A stretch of 64,000 nt of DNA from Octopus vulgaris (Eukaryota): positions 28,954,001 to 29,018,000 of the forward strand of contig OX597819.1 in NCBI GenBank assembly GCA_951406725.2, written 5' to 3'. Position 1 is the first letter of the stretch, and each line of letters starts with the position of its first letter. The notes beneath the pieces were generated by a model that did no database searches, was not told the DNA's origin, and saw only the letters and a list, made by a program, of their open reading frames with translations. Position numbers and translations under genes: made by a program. Below are positions 63,363 through 64,000 of the stretch, piece after piece.

Positions 63363-64000
63363 ATCAAATAGTTAAAAACCACTTCTAATTGTTTATCTCA
63401 CCTACAGGTAAGTTGGCTTACTATCAGGTCAGAAGTCTCTACATGACATTGTCATTTCAAATCTTCTATAGTTTACCGTAAATTTCCATTTGCTATTAGC
63501 ATACATCATAGCACACCGTTTCCTTAGCTGCTAACAAACCATGTATAGACAATGATCATACTGCTTGTAGTCATTGATGTTTCTGAACTCTTATAGAAAC
63601 AAACAAGATTATTTTTGAGTTGTTGTTTGACAAGTGACTTGATCTGAGTTCCTGTGTTGGAACTAAAACAATTACAGTGTGGATGAGTAATTTAAACACA
63701 CACACACATACATACTGTTGTATTTTCTTCTGTTTTATTTTTCAATAGTCTTATAAACTATTTACATGTCAAAAAATGTTCTACATCTATGACCTAGTCA
63801 CTGATACTAATGGAATTAGTTGATTGTATATTATAAATAACTTGTGGAATCTGTTGTAACTCTTGATGTTCTAAGTTCAAGACAAGGTTAACTTTGCTTG
63901 TCAACCTTCCAGGGTGGGTAAATAAAAGTACCAGACAAGTATTGGGGTGGTTTAATTGCTTACTCCTCCCTTCTTATTTCTGGACTTGTTGCTATGTAAG

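Overview
This is AT-rich, repeat-saturated eukaryotic DNA. The SINE/LINE repertoire and very heavy (TA)n/(CA)n/(AAT)n load suggest a coleoid cephalopod, probably Octopus; this is an inference from repeat content and was not checked. The only host gene I can support is a protein-tyrosine sulfotransferase (TPST) on the minus strand: two coding exons (62400-61538 and 58699-58345), a phase-2 GT-AG intron, about 405 aa. The rest is microsatellite and decayed mobile DNA: tRNA-derived SINEs, RTE/Tx1/R4-like LINE fragments, mariner and maT transposons, hAT and piggyBac MITEs, non-autonomous Helitrons and Penelope-like pieces. Most notable: (i) several short elements inserted in microsatellites carry minimal type-I hammerhead ribozyme folds, one with a compensatory U3-A8 core; (ii) there are many long local inverted duplications, including a patchwork insertion that creates an inverted repeat inside the TPST intron; (iii) one RTE LINE ends in three C2H2 zinc fingers. 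Nearly all long ORFs in the supplied track are microsatellite artefacts. Coordinates were counted by eye, and decayed-element boundaries are approximate.
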